A program made the position numbers and the translations under genes. The notes beneath the pieces were generated by a model, which searched no databases, had not been told where the DNA came from, and was given only the letters and a program-made list of their open reading frames with translations. Positions 20,280 to 32,270 of a stretch of 64,000 bases of DNA are shown here, piece by piece. The stretch comes from an uncultured Bacillota bacterium (GTDB taxonomy: Bacteria > Bacillota_I > Bacilli_A > RFN20 > CAG-826). The stretch lies in assembly GCA_949289845.1 (NCBI GenBank), contig CASEPN010000003.1, positions 77,558 to 141,557 of the forward strand, given 5' to 3'. Every line of letters begins with the position of its first letter. The first letter of the stretch is position 1.

Positions 20280-20904
20280 TACCTTCTCCCCGGGATGGCA
20301 TTCCATCCTTGAGGGGGAGCGCGGCATCTGCCAGGGGTGCCACGCAATGCTCGCCCCTTGTCTCAGGAGCTTTTCGCTTAACGGATGGAAGGTGCTCTAC
20401 CTATATGACTACGGGGAGTCCTTCCGGAACCTCCTTTATCTCTTCAAAGGATGCGGGGACTATGTCCTGGCGCCCCTTTTCCTTCGGACTCTTGCCCCAT
20501 TCCTCACCCTTCGCTTCCTTGGGAGGACCATGGTGCCGGCGCCCTCTTCCAAGGAAGGGGACGAGAAGAGGGGGTATAACCACGTCGTTGAGGTCTTCAG
20601 TCAATTATCCTTGCGGATGGAGCCTCTTTTTGAGAAAACCACATCCATCAAGCAAAGCGACCTATCCGAATCAGAACGAAAGAAGGTAAGAGACCGCCTT
20701 GTCTTCCAGCAAGGGAAGGAGAAGTTCCCTAAGGGAAGGAGGTTCCTCCTCGTGGACGACGTCTCTACGACGGGATCTACCCTCCTCGCGATGAGGGAAA
20801 TGCTCCTAGAGAAGGGGGCTCGCTCCGTCGACGGCCTCGTTCTCGCCCATGTCGAGAAAAAGGGCGGAAGCGCTATAGGTTTTGCCCCTTTGGAGGGGCA
20901 GTGA
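20233..20904 (+). CDS. comFC: Competence protein ComFC (ComF phosphoribosyltransferase-like)
   Basis: CLVC...CQGC, RGYN, LLVDDVSTTGST. Confidence 0.87.
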   Translation: MKSGSPTRRCLVCGADTFSPGWHSILEGERGICQGCHAMLAPCLRSFSLNGWKVLYLYDYGESFRNLLYLFKGCGDYVLAPLFLRTLAPFLTLRFLGRTMVPAPSSKEGDEKRGYNHVVEVFSQLSLRMEPLFEKTTSIKQSDLSESERKKVRDRLVFQQGKEKFPKGRRFLLVDDVSTTGSTLLAMREMLLEKGARSVDGLVLAHVEKKGGSAIGFAPLEGQ

Positions 20905-20937
20905 TAATATCACTGAGCCTTTGGGAGGAACTTTCGA

Positions 20938-23390
<2,453 letters not shown>

Positions 23391-23391
<1 letters not shown>

Positions 23392-24510
23392 TGAAAGAGC
23401 TAGTCGAACTCCGCCAGGCTGGGCAAGAGATCGCCCGCCTGGTCTCGCAGCTCGGTGACTCCCTTTGACCAGGAACGCCTGGAGACCATCGTAAGGGAGG
23501 CCGAGGAAGCCCAGAGCGACCCTTCCTTCTGGGATGACCAGAAAGCCGCTTTGGAAGTGGTGAACCGCTATAAGGCCGCCAAGGGAACCCTTGAGGATTA
23601 TTTGGACGTTAAGAGAGGTTCTGCAGAGCTTTCCGAGATTCTTGCGACGCTAGATCCGGATGATTCAGAGATGCTTGAGCTCATCGAGAGCGAGGAGAAG
23701 GAACTTTCCGAGAAGGTGGAGAGACTAAGAACCGCCCTCCTTTTCCGGGGAGAGTACGACTCTTTGAACTGCACCCTTGAGATTCATCCTGGCGCGGGAG
23801 GGACCGAGGCCCAGGACTGGGCCGACATGCTCCTCCGCATGTATTCACGTTGGGCCGAAAAGCACGGCTTCTCCTGGCAGGTGCTTTCCTATGAGCCAGG
23901 CGAGGAAGCGGGGCTCAAGAGCGTCTCCGTGAAGGTGTCCGGGTATAACGCCTACGGGATGCTCCGGGGCGAGAAAGGCGTCCACCGTCTGGTCAGGATC
24001 TCGCCTTTCGATAGCTCGGCGAGGCGCCACACGTCCTTTGCCTCCGTCAATGTCGTCCCCGAGTTCGGGAAGGTCAGCGACGTGGTCATCGACCCCAAGG
24101 ACCTTAGGGTCGACACCTTCCGTTCAGGGGGCGCCGGCGGACAGAACGTCAACAAGGTGAGCTCCGCGGTCCGCATCACCCACATTCCCACCGGAATCGT
24201 CGTCCAGTGCGAGATCGAGCGGAGCCAGGTCATGAACAAGGCGACTTGCATGGAGATGCTTTCCGACCGCCTCATGCAAAGGAAGATCGAGGAGCGGGAC
24301 CAGAAGCTCCGCTCGATCGTCGGAGAGCAGAAGAACATCGAATGGGGCTCGCAGATCCGCAGCTACGTCTTCTGCCCTTACACCCTCGTGAAGGACAACC
24401 GCACGAGCCACGAGACCTCCGACGTCAGCGGGGTCATGGACGGGGATCTCGACGGGTTCATCTATTCCTATCTGGAGAAGGAGTCCAAGGATGCCTCTTC
24501 GAAAGCTTAG
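23391..24510 (+). CDS. prfB: Peptide chain release factor 2, translated via a programmed +1 frameshift at CTT-TGA-C (23463-23469)
   Basis: ORF1 runs ATG 23391 to CTT TGA (25 codons). The +1 frame continues GAC CAG and carries RISPFD (SPF) and GGQ. Confidence 0.94.
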
Positions 24511-25576
24511 GGAAATCCCGCGGAAGGAACTGATCCGCGAAGGGAGAAACATTCTTTACGTCGTCCTCGGCTCCCTTGTCCTGGCCTTCGCCTCCGCCTG
24601 CTTCCTCGAGCCCCTTGAGATAGTTTCCGGCGGCCTTCTGTCGATCGGCATCATCCTGAACGGGGTGATCGAGCCTCTCGCCGGCTTCAACGTGAGCGAT
24701 ATCGTCGTCGCGATCGCCTCGATCCTCTTCTGGCTCATCGGGCTCATCTTCATAGGCTGGAAGTTCTCGGCGAGGACCCTGCTTTCGAGCCTTCTTTATC
24801 CCGCTTTCTTCTCCCTCTTCCTCAGGACCGGCTTCATCGACGTCGTCGGTCTATCCGCGCTTGTCGGAGCGGGAGAAGGGGAGGAGGTCCGTCATCTTAT
24901 CGGAGGCCTTTTCGGAGGGTTCCTCACAGGCGCCGGGGTCGCCATCAGCTTCCTCGGCGACGGGTCCACAGGCGGGGTCGATATCATCGCCCTCCTCCTT
25001 GGGAAAGCGACCCCCATCCGGGAAGACATCTGGACCTTCGCGATCGACGCGAGCCTCGTGCTCATAGGCGCGGCCGTCTACCAGGACATCCTCGTCGCCT
25101 TCATCGGCATCCTCACGGCCTTCTGCTCGGCGATGGCGATCCAGTTCATCTACATCCGCGGGAACTCGGCGATCATCGTCGAGGTCATCAGCGATAAGCG
25201 CGAGGAAATTCAGCGCTGGGCCGAGACGGAGCTGGAGCATGGCACGACCATCATCCGCGCCAGGGGCGGCTATTCCGGCGTTAGGCGTGACATTCTCCGT
25301 GTCATCGTCAACCGGAGCGAGCTCAACGCCTTCCGCAACAAGATCGCCGACATCGACCCGAAGGCCTTCGTCTCCATGACCCAGGCCCAGACGATCCACG
25401 GGCTCGGGTTCCGCCCTCTCGTGAACACCTCCAAGAGGAGCAAGTTCCGCGGGAGGCAGATTGAAGAGGACGTGGTCAATGAGGAAAGGCCGGGGCAGCG
25501 CCGCTACCACGGGGGACTCACCCGCGAGACCGGGCTCATCCACAACGAGGCGAAGAACAGGCGGAAGAGGCGCTAG
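24491..25576 (+). CDS. YitT-family membrane protein (DUF161 plus DUF2179)
   Basis: SGGL, GSTGGVDII, GGYSG, IDPKAFV; several TM segments. Confidence 0.87.
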   Translation: MPLRKLREIPRKELIREGRNILYVVLGSLVLAFASACFLEPLEIVSGGLLSIGIILNGVIEPLAGFNVSDIVVAIASILFWLIGLIFIGWKFSARTLLSSLLYPAFFSLFLRTGFIDVVGLSALVGAGEGEEVRHLIGGLFGGFLTGAGVAISFLGDGSTGGVDIIALLLGKATPIREDIWTFAIDASLVLIGAAVYQDILVAFIGILTAFCSAMAIQFIYIRGNSAIIVEVISDKREEIQRWAETELEHGTTIIRARGGYSGVRRDILRVIVNRSELNAFRNKIADIDPKAFVSMTQAQTIHGLGFRPLVNTSKRSKFRGRQIEEDVVNEERPGQRRYHGGLTRETGLIHNEAKNRRKRR

Positions 25577-25578
25577 GG

Positions 25579-27561
25579 ATGGAATACGAGCGTCGACCTT
25601 TCGAACTAGTCAGTCCCTATAAGCCGACAGGGGATCAGCCTGAGGCGATCGAGAGGACGGTCCGTTCGATCCAAAGCGGACATCAATGGAACGTCATCCT
25701 CGGCGCGACCGGCACGGGGAAGACCTTCACCGCGGCGAACATTATCGCGAAGCTCGGGAAGCCTACCCTCGTTCTTGTCCATAACAAGACCCTTGCCTCG
25801 CAGCTTTACGGCGAGTTCAAGGAACTTTTCCCGAATAACCGGGTCGAGTACTTCGTCTCGAACTTCGACTTCTACCAGCCCGAGGCCTACGTCCCGAAGA
25901 CGGACACCTACATCGAGAAAGAAGCCGTGATGAACGACGAGATCGAGATGCTTCGCTGCGCGGCGGTCAACTCGATCGTCCATCGGAGCGACACCATCTG
26001 CGTCGCGTCCGTAGCCGCCATCTACGGACTAGGGGACCCCGAGGAATACCGGGGCCTTGCCTTCGAGGTACGGGAAGGGATGGAACTGGATCGAGGGGAG
26101 TTCCTCGCGCGGCTCGTGGAATGCCAGTACCGGCGGACGAACTACGACCTCGAGCCAGGGACGTTCCGCGTCCACGGGGACATCATCGACATCGCACCGA
26201 TGGCGGAAGGGGACACCTACCTTCGCATATCCCTTTTTGGCGACGAGGTGGAAAGCATCTCGGAGGTCGATTCGATTACAGGGAAGGCGAGGAACTTCTT
26301 CAAGACCCATCCCATCTATCCGGCTTACGATCACGCTTCGACGAGAAAAAGAATTCAGGAAGCTTGCAAGACCATCAGCGAAGAATTGGAAGAAAGACTT
26401 CGGTTCTTCAAGGATAACGGGAAACTTCTTGAAGCCGAGAGGCTCGAGATGCGGACGAGGCAGGACATGGACTCCATGATGGAGTTCGGGATTTGCCGAG
26501 GCATCGAGAACTACTCCCGCCACATCGACAAGAGACAGCCCGGGCAGCGCCCGTGGTGCCTCATCGACTATTTCCCTAAGGACTTCCTCCTAATGATCGA
26601 CGAGTCCCACGTCACCATCCCGCAGCTGAACGGGATGTACAACGGGGACCGCTCGCGCAAGGAGACCCTCGTCGAGTACGGGTTCCGTCTTCCCTCGGCC
26701 CTGGACAATAGGCCGCTGAAGTTCGACGAGCTTCTTTCCCTTGCCCCCCAGAGCATCATCTGCACCTCCGCGACTCCCGGGCCGTTCGAGATGGAGAAGT
26801 CTGGGGGAGTGATCGCCGAGCAGATCATCCGTCCCACTGGTCTTCTTGACCCTGAGATTTCCGTCAGGAGGAGCCAGGGGCAGGTAGACGACCTCATGAA
26901 CGAGATTCGCCAGAGGGTGGAAAAGAACGAAAGAACGATGGTCGTCACCTTGACGATCCGCATGGCGGAGGACCTCACAGAGTTCATGAAGGCCAGGGGA
27001 ATCAAGGTCGCCTATCTCCATAACGAGACGAAGACCCTGGAAAGGACGCAGATCATCTATGAGCTTCGGAAGGGGAAGTACGACGTCCTTGTGGGCATCA
27101 ACCTTCTCCGCGAGGGCCTCGATATCCCCGAGGTGAGCCTTATCGCTATCCTGGACGCGGACAAGGAAGGCTTCCTCCGGAGCACGACCTCCCTTATACA
27201 AATCATCGGTCGCGCGGCGAGGAACGCGAACGGCAAGGTCATCATGTACGCGGACGAGATGACGCGGTCGATGAAGGAGGCGATTGGGGAGACGAACCGC
27301 CGGCGGTCCATCCAGATGGCCTACAACGAGGAGAACGGCATCGTCCCGATGACCATCATCAAGGAAATCCGTCCGCCTCTTTCCAATATGGAGGAAGGCC
27401 CGAAGAAGACGAGGGTCACCTCCTCCTCGCCCCGCTCCCAGATCGAGAAGGAGATCAAGTCCGTCGAAAGGGAGATGCGCGAGGCGGCGAAGGCATATGA
27501 GTTTGAAAGGGCCGCCGAGCTTAGGGACATCCTCTTTGAGCTTAAGGCGATGCTTGGGTAG
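25579..27561 (+). CDS. uvrB: Excinuclease ABC subunit B
   Basis: PTGDQP, GATGTGKT, YQPEAY, DESH, GINLLREGLD, FERAAELRD. Confidence 0.97.
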   Translation: MEYERRPFELVSPYKPTGDQPEAIERTVRSIQSGHQWNVILGATGTGKTFTAANIIAKLGKPTLVLVHNKTLASQLYGEFKELFPNNRVEYFVSNFDFYQPEAYVPKTDTYIEKEAVMNDEIEMLRCAAVNSIVHRSDTICVASVAAIYGLGDPEEYRGLAFEVREGMELDRGEFLARLVECQYRRTNYDLEPGTFRVHGDIIDIAPMAEGDTYLRISLFGDEVESISEVDSITGKARNFFKTHPIYPAYDHASTRKRIQEACKTISEELEERLRFFKDNGKLLEAERLEMRTRQDMDSMMEFGICRGIENYSRHIDKRQPGQRPWCLIDYFPKDFLLMIDESHVTIPQLNGMYNGDRSRKETLVEYGFRLPSALDNRPLKFDELLSLAPQSIICTSATPGPFEMEKSGGVIAEQIIRPTGLLDPEISVRRSQGQVDDLMNEIRQRVEKNERTMVVTLTIRMAEDLTEFMKARGIKVAYLHNETKTLERTQIIYELRKGKYDVLVGINLLREGLDIPEVSLIAILDADKEGFLRSTTSLIQIIGRAARNANGKVIMYADEMTRSMKEAIGETNRRRSIQMAYNEENGIVPMTIIKEIRPPLSNMEEGPKKTRVTSSSPRSQIEKEIKSVEREMREAAKAYEFERAAELRDILFELKAMLG

Positions 27562-27563
27562 AA

Positions 27564-28208
27564 ATGGATAGGATTGTCATCTTCGATTTCGACGGTACTC
27601 TCTTCGATACGGCAGATGCCATGGTCGTCATCTTCCGGAAGAGCTTCCAGGAAGTGGGCATGGGCTGCACGGAGGAGGAGGCGCGTCACTACATGCACCA
27701 GTCCCTCCAGGAGACGATCGTGGAAAGCGGAGTTCCACAGGAAAGCATCAATCGCTATGTGGAGGCGATCCTCAAATACCTGGATTGTCCCGAGGCGAAC
27801 TTCGTCACGCGTCCCTTCCCTGAGACAAGGGAGGCCCTTTCGCTTCTTGAAGGACTCGACATCCCAATGGGCGTTGTGACCGGCAATACGGTGCCTCATG
27901 TGAAGGGAATCCTTTCCGCGAACGGGATGGAGCGTTACTTCGTTTCCTATGTGGGATCTGATGTCTGCGAGGCGCATAAGCCTGATCCGGAGCCCTTGCT
28001 CAAGTGCCTTGAGGCGTGGCCCGAGGAGCTTAGGGCCAAGGCTTGCTACATCGGCGATAGCCTCCAGGACATGGAATGCGCGGCGAGAGCGTCCCTCCCC
28101 TCCGTCCTCATCGAACGGACCCCTGGGGAATATGAAGGTTACCAAGGCCTTAAGGCAACGAACCTGATCGATGCACTTTCCCTTCTTGGAATCCATGCAA
28201 ACTCTTAA
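27564..28208 (+). CDS. HAD-family hydrolase (phosphoglycolate phosphatase-like)
   Basis: FDFDGTL, KPDPEP, YIGDS..D. Confidence 0.88.
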   Translation: MDRIVIFDFDGTLFDTADAMVVIFRKSFQEVGMGCTEEEARHYMHQSLQETIVESGVPQESINRYVEAILKYLDCPEANFVTRPFPETREALSLLEGLDIPMGVVTGNTVPHVKGILSANGMERYFVSYVGSDVCEAHKPDPEPLLKCLEAWPEELRAKACYIGDSLQDMECAARASLPSVLIERTPGEYEGYQGLKATNLIDALSLLGIHANS

Positions 28209-28298
28209 TCAAAGTAGTGATTTCTTGTTTCCTTGAATCAAGGGAAAGTTGGGTTCTATCTCCTTGCGAAAGCCTAAATTGACCCATGAATTCCAACG

Positions 28299-28327
28299 TA
28301 GACAAGAGGGAGGGGAATCCCTATAGT
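28299..28327 (+). promoter_or_regulatory. Sigma70-type promoter of secG
   Basis: TAGACA-17 nt-TATAGT. Confidence 0.6.
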
Positions 28328-28355
28328 ATTTGACGCGCTAAGGCGCCTATTAATC

Positions 28356-28664
28356 ATGCTGCAGTGGTACGACTACATATTCATCGTTGTCTCGCTCATC
28401 ATCATCGTGCTTGCGCTTCTGCAGGGCGGTAAGAGCGAGGGCGCTTCCGGCGCGATCACCGGTGGCGGTCTCAACGTCTTTGCGAAGACTAAGGAGCGCG
28501 GCAGCCAGAAGATCGTCACCTGGCTCACCTTCGGGTTCGCCATCGTCTGGCTCTTCCTCGCCCTCCTGATCATGGTGCTCAACAGCACTACCGGCGCCTC
28601 CGATACGACTGCTTCGAGCGAAAGCGCAGCCGTCGCGGCTGTCATGGTGCCCTTTCTCTTCTAG
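28356..28664 (+). CDS. secG: Preprotein translocase SecG with a C-terminal extension
   Basis: LLQGGKSEGASGAITGG...AKTKERG, two TM segments, plus about 25 extra residues. Confidence 0.9.
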   Translation: MLQWYDYIFIVVSLIIIVLALLQGGKSEGASGAITGGGLNVFAKTKERGSQKIVTWLTFGFAIVWLFLALLIMVLNSTTGASDTTASSESAAVAAVMVPFLF

Positions 28665-28684
28665 GAAGAAGTAACGCGTTCTTG

Positions 28685-28707
28685 AAACGGGCTTCGGCCC
28701 GTTTTTC
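28685..28707 (+). terminator. Intrinsic terminator after secG
   Basis: AAACGGGC-TTCG-GCCCGTTTTT. Confidence 0.85.
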
Positions 28708-28731
28708 TGACCTCGGCTTATAATCATGGGG

Positions 28732-29526
28732 ATGGAAGTCCGTGAGTTCGTCAAAGCTAGGAAGGAAGCTCTCAAGGAAGAGGCATCTTCCTTTAGCCGG
28801 CCTCCCCTGATCGCCATCGTCCAGGTCGGGCACGTTCCCGCAAGCGACTCCTACATCCGGGGGAAGAGGAAGGATGCCGAGGAAATCGGCTTCTCCTCGC
28901 GCCTTGTCTCTTTCGAGGAAGACGTTACTGAGACTGAGCTTGCGGATTCGGTCCATCAGCTCTCGGAGGACCCCTGCATCGACGGGATCATCGTCCAGCT
29001 TCCTCTCCCTAAGGGAATCTTCCTTAAGAGAATCCAGGAGGCGATTGTTCCTGAGAAGGACATCGATGGCTTCGGGCCCTTCTCTCCCTATGATGCCTGC
29101 ACCCCCAAGGGGATACTTATGTACTTGGACGCGAATGGCTTCCAGTTCGAAGGAAGGAACGCGGTGGTCCTGGGTCGCTCGGACATCGTGGGGAAGCCCA
29201 TGGCGAGGCTCCTGACCGCCCGGAACATGAACGTGACCCTCCTCCACAGCAGGACTTCCCTTGAGGACGAGAAGTTCTATGTCTCCCATGCCGACCTCGT
29301 CGTTGCCTCCATCGGCAAGGCTGGCTTCCTAGACGACCGCTTCCAGTTCAAGAAAGATGCCTGGCTCGTGGATGTCGGCATTAACCGGGGAGAAGACGGG
29401 CACCTGCATGGCGATATCCTTCCAGGAAGAGACGTGGCCTTGCAGACCCCGGTGCCCGGGGGAGTGGGCCTACTTACGAGGCTCGCCTTGATGGAAAACC
29501 TCTTTGAGGCAGCCAAAAGGAGATGA
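28732..29526 (+). CDS. folD: Methylenetetrahydrofolate dehydrogenase/cyclohydrolase
   Basis: YxxxK, DGIIVQLPLP, KDIDG, CTPKG, GRSDIVGKP, DVGINR, TPVPGGVG. Start set to ATG 28732, 7 nt after TATAAT (28719-28724). Confidence 0.93.
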   Translation: MEVREFVKARKEALKEEASSFSRPPLIAIVQVGHVPASDSYIRGKRKDAEEIGFSSRLVSFEEDVTETELADSVHQLSEDPCIDGIIVQLPLPKGIFLKRIQEAIVPEKDIDGFGPFSPYDACTPKGILMYLDANGFQFEGRNAVVLGRSDIVGKPMARLLTARNMNVTLLHSRTSLEDEKFYVSHADLVVASIGKAGFLDDRFQFKKDAWLVDVGINRGEDGHLHGDILPGRDVALQTPVPGGVGLLTRLALMENLFEAAKRR

Positions 29527-30137
29527 AGATGGGATTTTCGATCGGCAACGAATACGTCTATGGCCTAGAGAGGGCAGTGAAGGCGTCCGGCAATCCGATG
29601 AGGACGAAGATCGACACCACTGAACCCGGGGAGAAGGACTTCCTCAGGGCGTCTCGCCTTGGGTCCGCCCAGAACGGGCTCGGGCACGACAACTTCCTGA
29701 AGGGGATCACCCTCCATGTCGACGTCAGGGCTCCTCTCTACTGGTGGAAGGAGGCTCAGCGCTACCACTGGTTCGACTTCGTCTCCAGCCAGTCGACGAT
29801 GCACTGTCTCCTGAAGTTCGACGTCCGCGAGCAGTGCGTCGAGGAGACCGACCCCGTCATCTTGGACAGGATCGAGGAGATGGTCGGTGAGTACCGTGCC
29901 ATACCTGATGACGATGGTCACCGCGAAGAGCAGAAGGAGAAGTGGAGGAGGATCGTCGCCTCCCTTCCTTCCGGGTTCATGCTTGCCGCGACGATGGTCA
30001 CCAACTACCAGCAGCTGAAGACGATGTACATCCAGCGGAGGCACCACAAGCTGAAGGAGTGGCATGTCTTCTGCGACTGGTGCGAAGGGCTGCCGCGCTT
30101 CTTGGAGCTGACGGGAGCAAAGGAACTTGCGAAATAA
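29523..30137 (+). CDS. Divergent ThyX-like (flavin-dependent thymidylate synthase fold) protein
   Basis: GHDNFL, APLYWWKEAQRYH, SSQSTMH, LPSGF, TNYQQL..MY.QRRHHKLKEW match ThyX block order. The canonical RHRx7S motif is altered. ATGA overlap with folD. Confidence 0.6.
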   Translation: MKMGFSIGNEYVYGLERAVKASGNPMRTKIDTTEPGEKDFLRASRLGSAQNGLGHDNFLKGITLHVDVRAPLYWWKEAQRYHWFDFVSSQSTMHCLLKFDVREQCVEETDPVILDRIEEMVGEYRAIPDDDGHREEQKEKWRRIVASLPSGFMLAATMVTNYQQLKTMYIQRRHHKLKEWHVFCDWCEGLPRFLELTGAKELAK

Positions 30138-30162
30138 AAACGCCCGGCTGGGCGTTTTTTTT
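30136..30162. terminator. Bidirectional intrinsic terminator
   Basis: AAAAACGCCC-GGCT-GGGCGTTTTTTT between convergent genes. Confidence 0.88.
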
Positions 30163-30172
30163 GGGCGAGCCC

Positions 30173-30838
30173 CTACTTCCTCTTGTTCTTGGAATAGAGG
30201 GCGGCGAAGGCGTCGTATGCGAGGTAGACGCCTACGCCTGCGACAAGGATGCCGATGATGATCGTGAGCGCCTGGAGGATGACCCCGGACTGGTCGTTAT
30301 AGATGAAGAGGACGATCCCTCCGGCGATCGCGGCAAGCCCGACCACCATGATGGCAACGGACATCATGGTCCGTTCCACTTTGCCGATGAGTAGCGCGAT
30401 TCCGAAGAGAAGGGCGAGGGCGCCGATGGTGATGAAGATGGTGGCGATGAGCGTGATCGCGGTCTCGAGGAACTGGGTGATCCCGAGCTTGTTGCCGGTG
30501 CAGTAGAGGATGATGAGCCCGATCCCGAGGGCGAGGAAGATCCCTGCCGCGACGAGCATCCCGTAGCGGATCCTCTCGCGGACCTTCTTCCTTCCTTCGG
30601 CGTCCTTGTCTCTGGCGAGGAGGACGGGGATGAAGCCAAGGAGCACCCGGATGAGCCCGATCACGATAAGGAGAGACCCGATCGCCGGGAACATCACGTC
30701 AAACGTCTTCTGGTAGAAGCAGATGGTGAGGATGCCGGCGACGATGAATAGCGCGGCCTCCACCAATGTCAGGGCGATCCATTTCCCGGATCCACGGGAG
30801 AAGCTTGTCGCTTCCAGCTTGCTAGTCAGCTTTGCCAT
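30173..30838 (-). CDS. 6-TM membrane protein (HdeD/DUF308-like)
   Basis: Repeated TM hairpins (IVAGIL...GSLLIVIGLI); SD GGAGG. Confidence 0.6.
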   Translation of the reverse strand: MAKLTSKLEATSFSRGSGKWIALTLVEAALFIVAGILTICFYQKTFDVMFPAIGSLLIVIGLIRVLLGFIPVLLARDKDAEGRKKVRERIRYGMLVAAGIFLALGIGLIILYCTGNKLGITQFLETAITLIATIFITIGALALLFGIALLIGKVERTMMSVAIMVVGLAAIAGGIVLFIYNDQSGVILQALTIIIGILVAGVGVYLAYDAFAALYSKNKRK

Positions 30839-30998
30839 GCTTGTTCCTCCAACATTCTCCTAATTATCCCCTTGGAACTCTACTCTGAGTAGCGCGTTCG
30901 TAAACGTTCGCGATTTGCGGGTTGGCGAGAAACCTAACCTTGAAAGCAAAAATCGCTTTGATACCATATGCCCGCAAATTTTATCTGGAGGTAAAGCC

Positions 30999-32225
30999 AT
31001 GAGAATCGCGCAGCTGAAGTCCTACGCCGAGCTCATCGCGAGAGTCGGAGGAAACGTCCAGAGAGGACAGTACGTCGTCATCCGGGCGAACGTCGCACTC
31101 GAGCGCTTCGCCGAGCTCGTCGGACGGGAATGCTACAAGCTCGGGGCCAAGAGGGTGCTCTACCGCTGGGAGAGCGCCAGGACCGACAGGGCCGACTACC
31201 GCCTTGGAAAGGTCAAGAGCCTCTCCGAGACGCTTCCCCAGGAATATGGCTGGCAGCAGTTCCTCACCGACGAGCTTCCCGTGACCATCTGGCTTGACGG
31301 GGACGACCCCGACGGACTAAGGGGCCTTGACGCCCACAAGATCGCCGAGATCAAGGCGAGGCGGCACGAGGCCGTCCGCCACTTCATCGACGCCCGCGAG
31401 AACCGCTACCAGTGGACGATCGCCGGCGCCCCCACGATCCCCTGGGCGAAGAAGGTGTTCCCGCACAAGACGAAGTGTCAGGCGGTGGACGCCCTCTGGG
31501 AGGCCATCCTCCACTGCGCAAGGGCCGACCACGGCGATCCCGTCGAGAACTGGGAGGAGCACGAGGCCACCCTCAAGGCCAAGTGCGAGGTCCTCAACAG
31601 CCTTCATCTCCGCAAGCTCCACTACATCGCGGGGAACGGGACCGACCTCACCGTCGGCCTCATCCCCGGGGTCCGCTGGCTCGCCGGCGGGGAGGAGACG
31701 ATGTCCGGCTCCTTCTTCCAGCCCAACATTCCGAGCGAGGAATGCTTTACTTCTCCGATGAAGGGGGAGGCGGAGGGCGTCGTCTATGCCTCCAAGCCCC
31801 TCAACTACAACGGCCAGCTCGTCGACAAGTTCTGGCTCCGCTTCGCCGAAGGCAAGGCCGTCGAGGCCCATGCCGAGGTCGGGGAGGAAGTGCTTCAGTC
31901 GATCCTCGGGCTCGACGAAGGAAGCGCCTACCTTGGGGAGTGCGCCCTGGTGCCTTGGGATTCCCCCATCAACCAGACCGGCATCCTCTTCTACAACACC
32001 CTCTTCGACGAGAACGCCTGCTGCCATCTCGCCCTCGGGCGCGGGTTTACGAATCTTTACCCCGACTTCGAGCGGTACACCGCTGAGGACATCCACCGGT
32101 TCGGGATCAACAAGTCCCTCAGCCACGTGGACTTCATGATCGGCACCCCGGACCTCAAGATCGTCGGCACCGACCAGGATGGAAAGGAAGTCGTCCTCTT
32201 CGAGAACGGCGTCTTCGCGATTTAG
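30999..32225 (+). CDS. M29 aminopeptidase (AmpS/PepS)
   Basis: YAELI, NIPSEECFTSP, GECALV, LFDENACCHLALG, HVDFMIG; SD GGAGGT before ATG 30999. Confidence 0.92.
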   Translation: MRIAQLKSYAELIARVGGNVQRGQYVVIRANVALERFAELVGRECYKLGAKRVLYRWESARTDRADYRLGKVKSLSETLPQEYGWQQFLTDELPVTIWLDGDDPDGLRGLDAHKIAEIKARRHEAVRHFIDARENRYQWTIAGAPTIPWAKKVFPHKTKCQAVDALWEAILHCARADHGDPVENWEEHEATLKAKCEVLNSLHLRKLHYIAGNGTDLTVGLIPGVRWLAGGEETMSGSFFQPNIPSEECFTSPMKGEAEGVVYASKPLNYNGQLVDKFWLRFAEGKAVEAHAEVGEEVLQSILGLDEGSAYLGECALVPWDSPINQTGILFYNTLFDENACCHLALGRGFTNLYPDFERYTAEDIHRFGINKSLSHVDFMIGTPDLKIVGTDQDGKEVVLFENGVFAI

Positions 32226-32242
32226 CGTTCCGACCGAACAAC

Positions 32243-32270
32243 GAAAGGAGCCCCTTATGGGCTCTTTTTC
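32243..32270. terminator. Bidirectional intrinsic terminator
   Basis: GAAAGGAGCCC-CTTAT-GGGCTCTTTTTC. Confidence 0.8.

Noticed and set aside
30895-30910. Possible LexA box (CGTTCG-TAAA-CGTTCG)
   Set aside because: It is a GTTC-N6-GTTC direct repeat. It matches neither GAAC-N4-GTTC nor GTTC-N7-GTTC, and it is not upstream of a repair gene.
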